Positions 21,432 through 32,219 of a stretch of 64,000 nt of DNA are shown piece by piece. The notes under the pieces were generated by a model, which saw nothing but the letters and a program-made list of their open reading frames with translations, did no database searches and was not told the DNA's origin. A program made the translations under genes and the position numbers. This DNA comes from Chloroflexota bacterium (lineage in GTDB: Bacteria; Chloroflexota; UBA11872; VXOZ01). Position 1 is the first letter of the stretch, and the number at the start of each line of letters is the position of its first letter. The DNA lies in assembly GCA_963663275.1 (NCBI GenBank), contig OY760183.1, positions 480,001 through 544,000 of the forward strand. The letters are read 5' to 3'.

Positions 21432-22838
21432 ATGACTCGTATACATGACCTAGGCGTGACCCGCCGGCGGTTGCTGGGCAGCGCCGGCGCAATTGGCGGA
21501 GCGGGACTGCTGGCCGCGTGCGGACAGGTAGCCGCGCCGGTTGCCGAAGAAGAAGCGCCGGCCGCGGAGGAGAAGAAAGCCGAAGCCGAAGCGCCCCAGG
21601 TGGAGACCGTGCAGGTTGACTTCTGGTCGCTCAACGGCTTCTGGGCGTCGTTCACCGAGGGCGTTGGCCTGGAACTCCGCGACGAGTTCAACGCGATGCA
21701 GGACGCCATCCACATCAACACCATGCCCACGCCGTGGTCCGAAACCTTTGAGAAACTGCCCGCTGCGGTGGCGGCCGATGCCGCGCCCGACATGTCGTTC
21801 GCCCCGCGCTTCACCATCAAGACCCTTGCCCACGGCGGCCTGGCCTCCGAGATGACCGACATGGTCAAAGCCTCCGCCACCATCGATACCGGCGACATGT
21901 GGGAAGAGATCTTGAACGACGCCGTGTGGCAGGGACGCCAGTTCGGGATGCCCTTTACCCCCGACGCCCGCACGCTCTTCATCGGCCACGAAAACATGAT
22001 CGAGGCCGGCCTGGACCCGGAGAGCCCGCCGGCCACGTGGGACGACCTCTACTCCGCCATCGGCAGGATGGTGAAGAAAGACGGCGCGAAGATTTCCCAG
22101 CTTGGCTACGTGCCGCACTGGGGCCCGGGCAGCATCTTCGCGTGTTGGATGGTCGCGGTCTGGCAGTTGGGCGGCGCCATTATCAGCGCGGACGACAGCA
22201 CCTCCACCCTCGACAACGAGACCACGGTGCGCGCGTTCGAGCACATGCTGCGCATCTACGACTTGCAGGACGGCTACCTGGCGGCGGACGAGTTCCGGGG
22301 CGATACCGACCCGCGCATCGTCTTCACCGACCGGGGCGCCAGCATGATCTACACCATCTACGACACGCCGCACCAGCCCAACTACAAGGCCGGCTTCGAC
22401 AAACTCGACTACAGCGCCGCCGCGCTGCCCCTGCCGCCGGACGGCAACACCGTGACGTACAGCGGCTGCGGCGACAACATCATCCCCAACGGCTCCAGGA
22501 ATCCGGAGCAGGCCTTCACCTTCATCGAGTGGCTCTTCGAGGCGCCGCAGGACCTCCGCCACGCGCTGGGCAAGAGCCGCCTGCCCATGCGCAAGTCCGT
22601 CGCCAACAGCGAGGACTTCATCCAGGGCGATCCGCTGCGCAGAGAGGCCGTGGACTCGATGGCCGTCGCCGGCTTCGTGGTCGGCGCGCCGGGCGGCATC
22701 GGCCTGATCGGCATCCACCTGAATATGGCGCAGACCATCTTCAAGAAGGAAAAGACCATCCAGGAGGCCCTGAAAGAGGGCGACCAACTGGCGCAGGAAG
22801 TCCTGGACGAAGCGTTGGCGAACTCCGTGCTGGAGTAA
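21432..22838 (+). CDS. Extracellular solute-binding protein, family 1 (Tat lipoprotein)
   Basis: TRRRLL twin-arginine signal, LAAC lipobox, AGLDPESPPATWDD. Confidence 0.88.
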   Translation: MTRIHDLGVTRRRLLGSAGAIGGAGLLAACGQVAAPVAEEEAPAAEEKKAEAEAPQVETVQVDFWSLNGFWASFTEGVGLELRDEFNAMQDAIHINTMPTPWSETFEKLPAAVAADAAPDMSFAPRFTIKTLAHGGLASEMTDMVKASATIDTGDMWEEILNDAVWQGRQFGMPFTPDARTLFIGHENMIEAGLDPESPPATWDDLYSAIGRMVKKDGAKISQLGYVPHWGPGSIFACWMVAVWQLGGAIISADDSTSTLDNETTVRAFEHMLRIYDLQDGYLAADEFRGDTDPRIVFTDRGASMIYTIYDTPHQPNYKAGFDKLDYSAAALPLPPDGNTVTYSGCGDNIIPNGSRNPEQAFTFIEWLFEAPQDLRHALGKSRLPMRKSVANSEDFIQGDPLRREAVDSMAVAGFVVGAPGGIGLIGIHLNMAQTIFKKEKTIQEALKEGDQLAQEVLDEALANSVLE

Positions 22839-22899
22839 GCGCCGCGTTCACGACACCGGCCGCATAGGCTCATGCCAACGCACAGGCCTATGCCAATAG

Positions 22900-22939
22900 G
22901 AAGCCGCCTCTTGCGCGCGTGCGCGCAAGAGGCGGCTTC
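22900..22939. terminator. Long hairpin, probable terminator
   Basis: GAAGCCGCCTCTTGCGCGC-GT-GCGCGCAAGAGGCGGCTTC. Confidence 0.7.
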
Positions 22940-23025
22940 TCACAATACCCGCACACATTGCGTTCGGGTTTTCGCTTGCGTATCATCGTGCAAGACGTGT
23001 GGAAAGTAACGGAGGAGGCAATCCG

Positions 23026-24063
23026 GTGAGAATACTGGTCTCAGGCGCGTCGGGGCGCGTGGGCACGAACTTGACCAAGGCGCTGCTGGCGCGGGGGCAT
23101 CAGGTGCGCGGGATGGTATTCCCCGGCGACCCGAAAGCGGATAAACTCGCCGCCTTCGACATAGAGATTGCCAACGTTGGCCTGGATGACACCGCGGGCA
23201 TCGCCCAGGCGGCGGCGGGCTTGGACGCCGTGGTGCATACCGCGTGTGTCATGTCCCGGCCGCCCACCATGGATAAGTTCACCTACTACGACGTCAATAC
23301 CACCGGCACCATGCGCCTGCTGCAAGCGGTGGCTGAGCAGGGCGACCGGCTGCACCGCTTCGTGCACATCAGCAGCGACACCGTCTACCCCATGCCCTCG
23401 CTGCTCTACGCGCCGGCGGACGAGCAACACCCGCGCCTGCCGGTCAAAGAATACGGCATGATCAAGGTGCTGAACGAGGAGATGGTCGAGCACTACCGGC
23501 GCGAGTACGGGCTGAAAACGACGATTATTCGTCCCGGCGCGATCCTGGCGGGCGAAGAGATCTTCAACGGCTGGACGGCGGGCATTGCCGCAAGCCAGTA
23601 CCGTGAAGCAAGCTGGGCGCAGCGCGGCCCGCTGTGGCATCCCGAGATGGCGGAGAACGTCGCCAAGCTGAACGAGGCGGTGAAGCAACGCGCGGACGAC
23701 CCCGGCAAACTGCTGGTCAACTACCACGACCGCGACGGCAATCCCTGGCTCTGGCAGCGCACCGACGCCCGCGACGTGGTGCACGGCATTATCCAGGCGC
23801 TGGACGAGGACGGCGCGATTGGCGAAACCCTGAACATGCACGGCCCGTACGCGATACCGTTCAGCGAGGCTACGCCGGTGCTGAGCGACCTGCTGGGCCT
23901 GCCGGTGCTGGACTGGGAAGCGCCGGCCTGCTGGCAGTACTGGGTGGATAACAGCGCCGCCAAGTCGCGCGTAAACTACGCGCCCCAACACGACTTCCAC
24001 CGCATGATTGCCGACGCGGTGGCGCTGCGCGAGGGCAGGGAGACGACGGTCATACCGGCATGA
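23026..24063 (+). CDS. NAD-dependent epimerase/dehydratase family protein
   Basis: ILVSGASGRVG, HISSD.VY, YGMIK. Confidence 0.88.
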   Translation: MRILVSGASGRVGTNLTKALLARGHQVRGMVFPGDPKADKLAAFDIEIANVGLDDTAGIAQAAAGLDAVVHTACVMSRPPTMDKFTYYDVNTTGTMRLLQAVAEQGDRLHRFVHISSDTVYPMPSLLYAPADEQHPRLPVKEYGMIKVLNEEMVEHYRREYGLKTTIIRPGAILAGEEIFNGWTAGIAASQYREASWAQRGPLWHPEMAENVAKLNEAVKQRADDPGKLLVNYHDRDGNPWLWQRTDARDVVHGIIQALDEDGAIGETLNMHGPYAIPFSEATPVLSDLLGLPVLDWEAPACWQYWVDNSAAKSRVNYAPQHDFHRMIADAVALREGRETTVIPA

Positions 24064-24266
24064 GCGGTGGCCGTTCTTGTTCGGCGGCATCCGGCAATGG
24101 CTGGGGCCACCAGTAGTCTATTGCTTCAAGAGCCGTAGCGCGGAGGCTTTTCCCCAACAGTCTCACACTAACGTAGCGCGGGGGCTTGTCCACCGCCTCT
24201 TGGCAACAAGCGCAAAAACCGCTTGGCGCAAGGCGCGAAGCACGTCGTTAGCGGAAAGAACAGCGG

Positions 24267-25760
24267 ATGAAAATCCTCTACATCGACATCGATTCCCTGC
24301 GCCGGGACCACCTGGGCTGTTACGGCTACGCGCGTCCCACCACGCCGCATCTCGACCGCCTGGCGCGGGAAGGCGCGCGCTTCACCAACATGTACGCCGC
24401 CGATACGCCCTGCGTGCCGGCGCGCGCCAGCATCTTCACCGGCCGCTGGGGCATCAAGACCGGCCTGCTCACCCACGGCGAGCGAGCGCAGTCGATTGGC
24501 GACTTTGGCCGTCCCGACGGGGAACTGGACACCAAGCCCTGGGAACGCGACCCCCGCTACACCGGGCCAACCTATCCGCCGTTTGGCAGCCGCGTGCCGC
24601 AGGTGCAGGAGTTTCTCGCGGTTCAACTCGCCGGCAGCGGCTTTCAAACCGCCGCGGTCTCTACCTTTGGCGACCAGGCGTCCTGGTTTCGCCTGGGGTG
24701 GAATGCGTACTACCGTCCCCAGTGGCACTTGGGGCACAGCAACGTGGAGGCGCCTGAGATCACCGCCAGCGCGCTCGCCTGGCTGCAAGACCACGCGCGG
24801 GACGATTTCTTCCTCTACGTCCACTACTGGGACCCGCACCAGTCGTACACGGCGCCGCAGGCGTACGTGGACACAATGCTGGGATACCCGCCGCCCGATT
24901 GGCCGAGCGACGAACGCATCAAGGAAGACGCGGAACGCTACGGGCACATACCGAACTCCGCCGGTTCGCACCGCATCTGGGGCAAGGAAGAATTCGACTA
25001 CTGGCTGGCGATGTACGACGCCGAAATCGCCTACTGCGACGAGTACGTGGGGCGGCTGCTGGATGCTCTGGAACAAGCGGGCGTGCTGGACGATACCCTG
25101 GTCATTGCCGCCACCGACCACGGCGAGAACCAGGGCGAGCACAGCGTCTACGGCGATCACTGGGGCGTCTACGAGACCGACGCCCACATCTGGATGCTGG
25201 CGCGCTGGCCGGCCGGCGGCATTGCGCCGGGCACGGTGGTGGACGCGGCCGGTTATACCCTGGACCTCGGCCCCACGCTCTGCCAGGCGGCGGGTCTGGA
25301 ACCGCCCGCGCGCTGGCAGGGCCGCTCCCTGCTGGGGATGCTGCGCGGCGAACCGGAACCGCAACCCCGGCGCGACTACGTCTATCTGGAGCACGGCCTC
25401 TGGTCGGCGCAACGCGCCATCCGCACCATCGGCGCGCCGGACGGCCGCGACTGGAAGCTGATCAAAAGCTACCACGGCGGCCTCATGAACTGGCCGCTGA
25501 CCCAACTCTTCGACCTGGCCAACGACCCTCGTGAAGAGTGCAACGTGGTTGAAGATCAGGCCGAAATCGCGCGAGACCTGGAATACCGCCTCTGGCAGTG
25601 GGAAGAACAGCAACTCCAGGGCTGGCCGGACCCGCTGAAGAAGGTCGCCCAGGAAGGCCCGCAAACCGTGCTGAGCGCCCTGGAAAACATGCGGCACGGC
25701 CCCTTCGAGTGGCCGGATCCCGAAGGCCACGTGGTGCCGGCGGCGCGTCTACGCAGGTAA
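24267..25760 (+). CDS. Sulfatase (Cys-type, formylglycine-dependent)
   Basis: DIDSLR.DH, CVPAR (CxPxR), DPH, TDHGE. Confidence 0.92.
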   Translation: MKILYIDIDSLRRDHLGCYGYARPTTPHLDRLAREGARFTNMYAADTPCVPARASIFTGRWGIKTGLLTHGERAQSIGDFGRPDGELDTKPWERDPRYTGPTYPPFGSRVPQVQEFLAVQLAGSGFQTAAVSTFGDQASWFRLGWNAYYRPQWHLGHSNVEAPEITASALAWLQDHARDDFFLYVHYWDPHQSYTAPQAYVDTMLGYPPPDWPSDERIKEDAERYGHIPNSAGSHRIWGKEEFDYWLAMYDAEIAYCDEYVGRLLDALEQAGVLDDTLVIAATDHGENQGEHSVYGDHWGVYETDAHIWMLARWPAGGIAPGTVVDAAGYTLDLGPTLCQAAGLEPPARWQGRSLLGMLRGEPEPQPRRDYVYLEHGLWSAQRAIRTIGAPDGRDWKLIKSYHGGLMNWPLTQLFDLANDPREECNVVEDQAEIARDLEYRLWQWEEQQLQGWPDPLKKVAQEGPQTVLSALENMRHGPFEWPDPEGHVVPAARLRR

Positions 25761-25781
25761 CACGGGCAAGGCGCGGGCCTT

Positions 25782-26006
25782 TCACGCGAACTCGTACACC
25801 GGCGCGCTACTCGCCGGTTGGCGCTCTTCTTCAAGCAGCGCTTCGATTTTGCGTACCGTGTCCGGGTGCAGCAGCGTGTCGCCGCATACGTCGCAAACGT
25901 CGGCCGGCACGCGGTCGATGACAACCACCTGTCCCGCGCGCCGCGCGGTATGCACAATGCGTCTCGCCTCGTATGCCCCAGGACAGCCCTGAACGGTGCA
26001 GTTCAT
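25782..26006 (-). CDS. YgiT/MqsA-type zinc-finger protein (antitoxin-like)
   Basis: MNC.VQGC...VIDRVPADVCDVCGD; overlaps the upstream remnant via ATGA. Confidence 0.85.
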   Translation of the reverse strand: MNCTVQGCPGAYEARRIVHTARRAGQVVVIDRVPADVCDVCGDTLLHPDTVRKIEALLEEERQPASSAPVYEFA

Positions 26007-26110
26007 TTCGCCTGTTTCCTTTGCAATGGAGTAATCCACTTGGGCAACGTGGGTTCATAGACGGCATTGAAAACCTCACCGCCATTCTGAAGCGGACACA
26101 ACGCAAGACC
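26003..26110 (-). pseudogene. Remnant of a DUF4258-like toxin 3' end
   Basis: Frame reads ...NAVYEPTLPKWITPLQRKQAK-stop; no room for the N-terminus. Confidence 0.55.
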
Positions 26111-26127
26111 CCGGCCTGTTTCTAACT

Positions 26128-28083
26128 TTATCGCCCTGCGCCCGGTTGCCATTGTCCGAGATTCATCACGTGCCGTATCGCGCCCGGTGCGCCGAGGCGG
26201 TTGTAGAGATCCTCCGTCCAGCCGAACGTGCCGGGGCGCGGGCCGAAGAAGACCAGTTCCGTGGGCCAGAGCAGACCGGCGGCCTGGGGCAGATCGGCGT
26301 GCTGCAGCGCAAAGAGGATTTCACTGGCGACGCCGCTGCCGTCCGGACTGGAAGGCGCGCTAAGGGATTCCGGCAGATCGCTGAGAATGAGCGCCTGCAA
26401 TCCGCCGTGGAGCAGCGCCGCGTAGAGCGCCACCACCGCCATTTGGCCGCGTCCCGCCAGGGCAATCCGCGCGCCGTCCACGCCGGGCAGGTGCGGCATG
26501 GCTTCCAGGGCGCGCAGCGTGTCGTAGACCTGCATGGACGCGATGGTGCGGCCGGTGAGCATGGCGGCGCGGCGCACGTGCCAATCGAGTTCCGTGCCCC
26601 AGGCCGTATCGCCCGTGCCGCGCGGCTCCGCCACCACCCGCGCCCAGGAACTATTCAGGCCGTGCAGCCGTTCTTCCGCGGCTTTGCGTCGCTCATGGGG
26701 CGAACGCAGCGCGAGCACGGCCGGCGCGTCGGCGTCGGATTCCGGCAGCGTCCACGCGCCGTGCAGCCGCCAGCCGGACTCCGAGGTAAACGCGAACCTG
26801 CCGCCGGCCACCGCGTCGCCGCGTCCGATTTCGTACTCGACTTCCGCGTCCAGCGCGCACGGTTCGCTGGGGAAATGGCGGAAAGAGGTCTCTCTCAGAC
26901 CGGCCAGCGCCTGCTCGCGCGCGCTTGCCAACTCGTCCGGCGTGCCAATGTGGGGTAGCCCAGGAAGGGTAAAAAAGTCTTCCTGGATGGTCGAGACGCG
27001 CTCAGCGGGCGGAACGCCGTTGCCGTAGACGCGCAGGGTAGCCGCGTCCTCTTGTACTTCAGGCCGGTCGTCGATGTCGCCCGCATCCTCCGGTGAAACC
27101 TCGCGTTGCTCCAGGTGGCGCAGGAACCAAGAGAAAATGCCCCGGCGCGAATTGGCGTGATACGAGTGTCCGCCGGGCGTCTCGATCAAGCGCACGTTCT
27201 CGCCCGCGCCCAGATGGTCGTAGATCTTCTTCGTGCCCGCAAAGGCCTCGCGAATAGCCTTGATGTGAAAGATGCCGTCCCGGTTGGCCGAGCCAATGAG
27301 CATGGGCCGCGGCGCGATCAGCCGCGCCACGTCCGCCAGTTCCCAGCCGTAGGCGTTCACGAAGAACATGCAGTCGCAGTGGCCGTCCACCGTGCGCTCG
27401 CAGACGTGGGAGGCGAACGTGGCCGTGCCGCAGACCGGCGCCACCACCTTCACGCGCTCGTCCGCGGCGGCCACCCACCAACTCACCGCGCCGCCGCCGG
27501 AGATGCCGGTCACGCCAAGCCGTTCGGCGTCAACTTCCGGCAGCCCCGCCAGCAGGTCGAGACCGCGCACGCCGTTCCAGAGTTCCACACCGGCGGGCGT
27601 GTAGCCCTGGCTGTACCAGTTGAACCAGCCGCGATGGAACGTGCCGTGGTGGTGGCCCTCGATCTCGCCAAGCTGGATGGTCTCCACCAGCAGACAGGCC
27701 ATGCCGAGTTGGGCGAACTTGCGCGGGTGCGCTTGGTAGTGCTCCTTTTGCTTCTGCGCGTGTCCGCAGACGTAGAGCACGCCGGGCACAGGCCCGTCAA
27801 CGTCCGTGGGCAGGTAGAGATTGCCGGTGACGTAGAGGCCGGGCAGGGCCTCATAGTGCAGATTCTGGATGCGGTAGCCGTCGCGCGCGGTCTCTTTGGT
27901 GATGCGCACGTTCAGCGGCGGACGCGCCGTAAGCGCCATGTGGCTGGTGACGCCCATCATGGCATAGTACTGCGCCAGCCACTGTTCCCTTGCCTCCGAC
28001 CAGCCGGCGGGGGCCGGCAAGGACTGCAACGATTCGTCATGCATGCGCCGGGCCTCTGCGCATAAGTAGGTACGGATGTCCAC
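26128..28083 (-). CDS. Acetylxylan esterase-like alpha/beta hydrolase (two hydrolase domains)
   Basis: GISGGG nucleophile elbow, VCGH, GHCDC, second degenerate domain. Confidence 0.8.
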   Translation of the reverse strand: MDIRTYLCAEARRMHDESLQSLPAPAGWSEAREQWLAQYYAMMGVTSHMALTARPPLNVRITKETARDGYRIQNLHYEALPGLYVTGNLYLPTDVDGPVPGVLYVCGHAQKQKEHYQAHPRKFAQLGMACLLVETIQLGEIEGHHHGTFHRGWFNWYSQGYTPAGVELWNGVRGLDLLAGLPEVDAERLGVTGISGGGAVSWWVAAADERVKVVAPVCGTATFASHVCERTVDGHCDCMFFVNAYGWELADVARLIAPRPMLIGSANRDGIFHIKAIREAFAGTKKIYDHLGAGENVRLIETPGGHSYHANSRRGIFSWFLRHLEQREVSPEDAGDIDDRPEVQEDAATLRVYGNGVPPAERVSTIQEDFFTLPGLPHIGTPDELASAREQALAGLRETSFRHFPSEPCALDAEVEYEIGRGDAVAGGRFAFTSESGWRLHGAWTLPESDADAPAVLALRSPHERRKAAEERLHGLNSSWARVVAEPRGTGDTAWGTELDWHVRRAAMLTGRTIASMQVYDTLRALEAMPHLPGVDGARIALAGRGQMAVVALYAALLHGGLQALILSDLPESLSAPSSPDGSGVASEILFALQHADLPQAAGLLWPTELVFFGPRPGTFGWTEDLYNRLGAPGAIRHVMNLGQWQPGAGR

Positions 28084-28215
28084 GGTTCGGCCTTTCGTTG
28101 AATGGGCGTTGACACAATTGCGGGTCGGCAGTTCACACCCACGTTACCAAGCGCGGAATTGTAAAGCAACGACCGGCTCGATTCTTTCCGCTTCCTCCAC
28201 TCCCTCTCCCTGGAG

Positions 28216-28355
28216 GAGACCTTTGCATAACTCTGTCATTCCGGCGAAAGCCGGAATCCAGACCGCATTTACAACTAAAAATAGCTTGTTTTCAATCCTT
28301 TGCACCCCCATCCCAACCTTCCCCCTCAATGGGGAAGGGGTTATGCAAAGGTCTC
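28216..28355. mobile_element. MITE type A (140 bp)
   Basis: GAGACCTTTGCATAAC...GTTATGCAAAGGTCTC with CTGGAG duplication. Confidence 0.88.
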
Positions 28356-28480
28356 CTGGAGGGAGAGGGCCGGGGTGAGGGGGATTCCGCGCCGGTTCAT
28401 CTCTATTCCGTAAGACTTGGGCACGACTCGCCGCAGAATCTCCCCCTCACCCTAACCCTCTCCCCCAGGAGAGGGAACAA

Positions 28481-28718
28481 GAGCCGCTCTCTCCACTCCC
28501 TCTCCCTGGAAACTGTGGCAACAAGCCGCTCTTTCCGCTCCCTCTCCCTGCGGGCTGTGGCAACGAGCCGCTCTTTCCACTCCCTCTCCCTGCGGGCTGT
28601 GACCACGAGCCGCTCTTTCCACTCCCTCTCCCTGCGGGCTGTGACCACGAGCCGCTCTTTCCGCTCCCTCTCCCTGCGGGCTGTGGCAACGAGCCGCTCT
28701 TTCCACTCCCTCTCCCTG
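28481..28718. repeat. 42-bp tandem repeat, ~5.7 copies
   Basis: GAGCCGCTCTTTCC[A/G]CTCCCTCTCCCTGCGGGCTGTG..AC. Confidence 0.92.
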
Positions 28719-29485
28719 GAGGCAGAGGGCCGGGGTGAGGGGGTATCCGCGCCGGTTTGGCCCAATTTCAGGTGAGGCACAAGGCCCAATGCCGTCGCCT
28801 TAGAACCTGTTTACTATCTGCTTATGAGGGAGTTAGCAAAGCCGATAAAGACCGTTCGTGCTGAGCCTGTCGAAGCATGAACGGCTATATGCAACCTTGC
28901 GGTGTTTCCGTTCACCCTTCGACGCGGCTCAGGGCGAACGTTCCTCGTGCAGACAGAAAGATCGTAAACAGGCTCTTAACGTAGCGCGGGGGCTTGTCCC
29001 CCGCCGGAGCACGCGGAGCCGCCGCCAAGCCGGCATCACGGGGCGCGACTTCAGGGCTTTCGCTGTCAGAAGCAGGTACGCAATGGAATTGACCCTGTAG
29101 CAGGACAGGGAACCCGCATAGCGAAAAGGGCGCGGCACGTGCTAGAACCGCGCGCATTGCCCGGCGCCGGTGAGGCACGAGGCCTCACCCTACAGCAGGA
29201 GGAGGAACCCCGATTCAGAGTAGGCGCAGCACGCGGCAGCGGCGTATGGCGTATGCATCGCCCGGCCCCGGTGAGGCACAAGGCCTCACCCTACGGCAGA
29301 ACCAATAGGGATATGCAAGTGTCATTCCGAACGCAGAGAGGAATCTAGAGTGGCTGATTTTGCAGGGTCGTGCTCCAGATTCCTCTCTCCGCTGCGCTCC
29401 GTTCGGAATGACTCGCTAAGCCGACTATAGATTGCATACCCCTATTAGCTGCATCAGAGAGGCAAGCCCCACGTCGGAGAAAGCA

Positions 29486-30319
29486 TTACCGAGAAGAAGG
29501 CGTGTCTTTGGGAGTGTAGAGTTCCGGCCGGCGGTCGTCCAGGTAGGTGGCGATGGAGCGCCATTGCGCCCAATCGGGGTGGTCGAGTTCCAGCGGCGCT
29601 ATCGCCACGCCTTCGCCCTCGTCGATCTTGGCCAGGTAGCCGCCGGAGGGGGCGGCGATGCAGGAGTGACCCAGGCTCCGCCAGCCCTCTTCCACGCCCA
29701 CCCGGTCCGCCATCGCCACGTGCACGGTGTTTTCCAGAGCGCGCGTGGCCACCAGGCCGCTCACAACCGTACCGCTCCAGCCCAGGCCGCGCTGCCAATC
29801 GTTGGTGATCCAGTCGGTGCTGTTCAGGATGACCTGCGTGCCTTCCAGGACGAGGCGGCGGATGTATTCGGGAAAAATGAGGTCGTAGCAGATCGTCAGC
29901 GCCACGCGGGTACCGGCAACGTCGAACAGGGCCGGTTCGGTTCCGGGAGTAAACGCCTCACGCTCCGCCGAAAAGAGGTGAATCTTGCGGTACGCCCCGC
30001 GCAGGCTGCCGTCGGGGGCCAGCAGCGCGGCGCTATTGTAGTAGCAATCGCGCCCGCGCTCGATCATGCCGGCCACCACGTAGCAGCCGTGGCGGCTCGC
30101 GATCTTGCCCAGTTCATCGGTGGTCGGGCCGGGGATGGACTCCGCCAGGGCGCCCAGGCGATCGCCCACGAAGTAGCCGGTGGTAGCCAGTTCCGGCAGC
30201 ACGCACACGGTCGCGCCCTGGGCCGCGGCGGCGGCAACGAGACTATCGGCGCGCTCCAGATTGGCGGCTACGTCGCCCAGCACGCAATCCATCTGCACAA
30301 CGGCAAGTTTGAAATACAT
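29486..30319 (-). CDS. Carbon-nitrogen hydrolase (nitrilase/amidase) family
   Basis: Glu-Lys-Cys triad: PELATTGY, YRKIHLF, ICYD. Confidence 0.92.
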   Translation of the reverse strand: MYFKLAVVQMDCVLGDVAANLERADSLVAAAAAQGATVCVLPELATTGYFVGDRLGALAESIPGPTTDELGKIASRHGCYVVAGMIERGRDCYYNSAALLAPDGSLRGAYRKIHLFSAEREAFTPGTEPALFDVAGTRVALTICYDLIFPEYIRRLVLEGTQVILNSTDWITNDWQRGLGWSGTVVSGLVATRALENTVHVAMADRVGVEEGWRSLGHSCIAAPSGGYLAKIDEGEGVAIAPLELDHPDWAQWRSIATYLDDRRPELYTPKDTPSSR

Positions 30320-30591
30320 CTTCCACCCGCCTCCCGCATCCGGCATGTGCGTATCCCCTCCAAAACGTACCACACTTCAGGACATGCCCTTCGACAGGCT
30401 CAGAGCCTGTCCCGCACCCGCTACGGGGGCGAACGGAGCAGCGCATTTATGCGTAAGTCTATCCCGCCGGTCAAAAGGACCGGAGAGACGGCGCTTCTCC
30501 CGTCTAAGACAGGATCGCCGCCTCTCCGGTCTCGACCGGCCTATCCGCCGAAAGTGGCATTCCCGCTTGCGCGGGAATCCATCTTCTCCGC

Positions 30592-32001
30592 TTAGGACTC
30601 AAGCTCCTGCGTGATGAGCTTGGCGGCTTCGGCCAGCGCGCCCTTGAGGTCCAGTTCGCTCTCTCCCGCGATGGCGTCGGAGACCAGCTTATAGTGCGGC
30701 GCCGCTGCCGAGTAGCGGCGGTAGAAGGGATAGGTCTTGCCCCGGGCGCCCACTTCAGGCGTAACGGCGATGACGGGGAAGTCCTCCACCGCGCTGGCCC
30801 ACTCCGCCGAGTTGTAGAAATCGAGCCGCGGCGAAACCTGGTTTACCATGAGCAGTTTTTGCACCTGCGCCTCCAGGCCGCAGATGAAGCGGCTCATCTC
30901 GAACGCCATGTCCGGCTGCGCCGTGCCGTCCGGCACCACCATCATGTTGATCCAACTGGTGCCGCTGGCTTCGCCCTGGCTGCTGGGCCCTTGCGGCGGC
31001 GGCGCGAACCAGAAGTTGAAGTTTTCCTCAAATTCGTCGCGGATGTAGTACGCCGCCCAGGAACCCCACGGGATGGCGGAGCCGCGACCTTCGCGCAGCG
31101 CGTCCCGGCCGGAGGGGTAGTCGTCGCCCCGGTCGCGGTACCGTATGTGCTGCTTCTGGCGGTGGTCCGCCAACTCCAGCGCCTTGGCGGAATCGAAGAC
31201 CGCTTCCGTCAGCTCGGTATTGTGCATGTCGCCGCCGTTGGCGTAGAGCCAGGAGGCGAACGCCTCGAACCCCGGCACGTTATACGGGAACCCCAGCCGC
31301 GTATAGATGCCGGAGGAGTCCTTCTTGGATAGCTTCTCCGTGGCTTCCGCCAGCCCGTCCCACGTGCCGATGTCAGCGCCCTGGGGATCCAGACCGGCCT
31401 CGATGAAGTGATCCTGGTTGATCACCAGCATGTGGGAGTCCGGCCCCCAGAAGGAGATGCCGAAGATCTTGCCTTGCGCTATCCGGTAGGGGTTGGCGCT
31501 GGGCATGAACTGGTCTTCACCCACGTCCGGCGCCATGGCGAGATGGGAGGTCAAGTCCGACAGCAGGCCGTTGTCCCAGAGGTCGCGCGCCCAGATGATC
31601 GAGCTGTGCATGACGTCGGGCACCACGCGGGCCGCGGCTTCCGTGGTGAGTTTGGCGACGTTTTCACCAAACGGCACGCGGGTGTATTCGATGTTCTCCA
31701 CCTGCGGGTTCATCTCGCGGAAAGTATCGCTGGCCCAGATGAACCACTGGTCCCAGGTGGTCGGCGTCTGGCCCACTGAGCGCCAGTCGCGGAAGACCAG
31801 CGTGATCTTCTCCGCCTCGGGCTGCTTGGCTTCCTCTTTCGGCGCTTCAGCCTCTTTCACTTCCTCTTGCGCCGCTTCCGTACCGGTCCCCGCCTGGCCG
31901 CAGGCCGCCAGCAACGCGAATCCACCGGCAGCCGCGCCGCCGGCCAGAAAACGCCGGCGCGAAAACGCATGACTCGTGCGCTTGCTTTCCATAGCTGTCA
32001 C
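30592..32001 (-). CDS. Extracellular solute-binding protein, family 1 (Tat lipoprotein)
   Basis: SRRRFL signal, LAAC lipobox, AGLDP....TWD. Confidence 0.88.
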   Translation of the reverse strand: MTAMESKRTSHAFSRRRFLAGGAAAGGFALLAACGQAGTGTEAAQEEVKEAEAPKEEAKQPEAEKITLVFRDWRSVGQTPTTWDQWFIWASDTFREMNPQVENIEYTRVPFGENVAKLTTEAAARVVPDVMHSSIIWARDLWDNGLLSDLTSHLAMAPDVGEDQFMPSANPYRIAQGKIFGISFWGPDSHMLVINQDHFIEAGLDPQGADIGTWDGLAEATEKLSKKDSSGIYTRLGFPYNVPGFEAFASWLYANGGDMHNTELTEAVFDSAKALELADHRQKQHIRYRDRGDDYPSGRDALREGRGSAIPWGSWAAYYIRDEFEENFNFWFAPPPQGPSSQGEASGTSWINMMVVPDGTAQPDMAFEMSRFICGLEAQVQKLLMVNQVSPRLDFYNSAEWASAVEDFPVIAVTPEVGARGKTYPFYRRYSAAAPHYKLVSDAIAGESELDLKGALAEAAKLITQELES

Positions 32002-32219
32002 CACTCCTTTACCTACTATGGAGCTTGAAAAACCTGGAAAAAGTATAGATTAGCGGCTGTATACTGTCAAAGATTTGGCGCGCCTCCGAAAGGCAGCAAT
32101 TAGGCGGCGGGACGCCTGCGAAACGACGGCACTGCACTCCCCCTCCCCGGTAGCGTAGGTTTGCAACCTGCGCACGCCTGCGGAGCGTATTCACCAAGCC
32201 CCGCGCGCATAGCGCGGCG

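Noticed and set aside
28481-28718. Possible CRISPR array
   Set aside because: Units are contiguous near-identical 42-mers with no unique spacers, and there are no cas genes.
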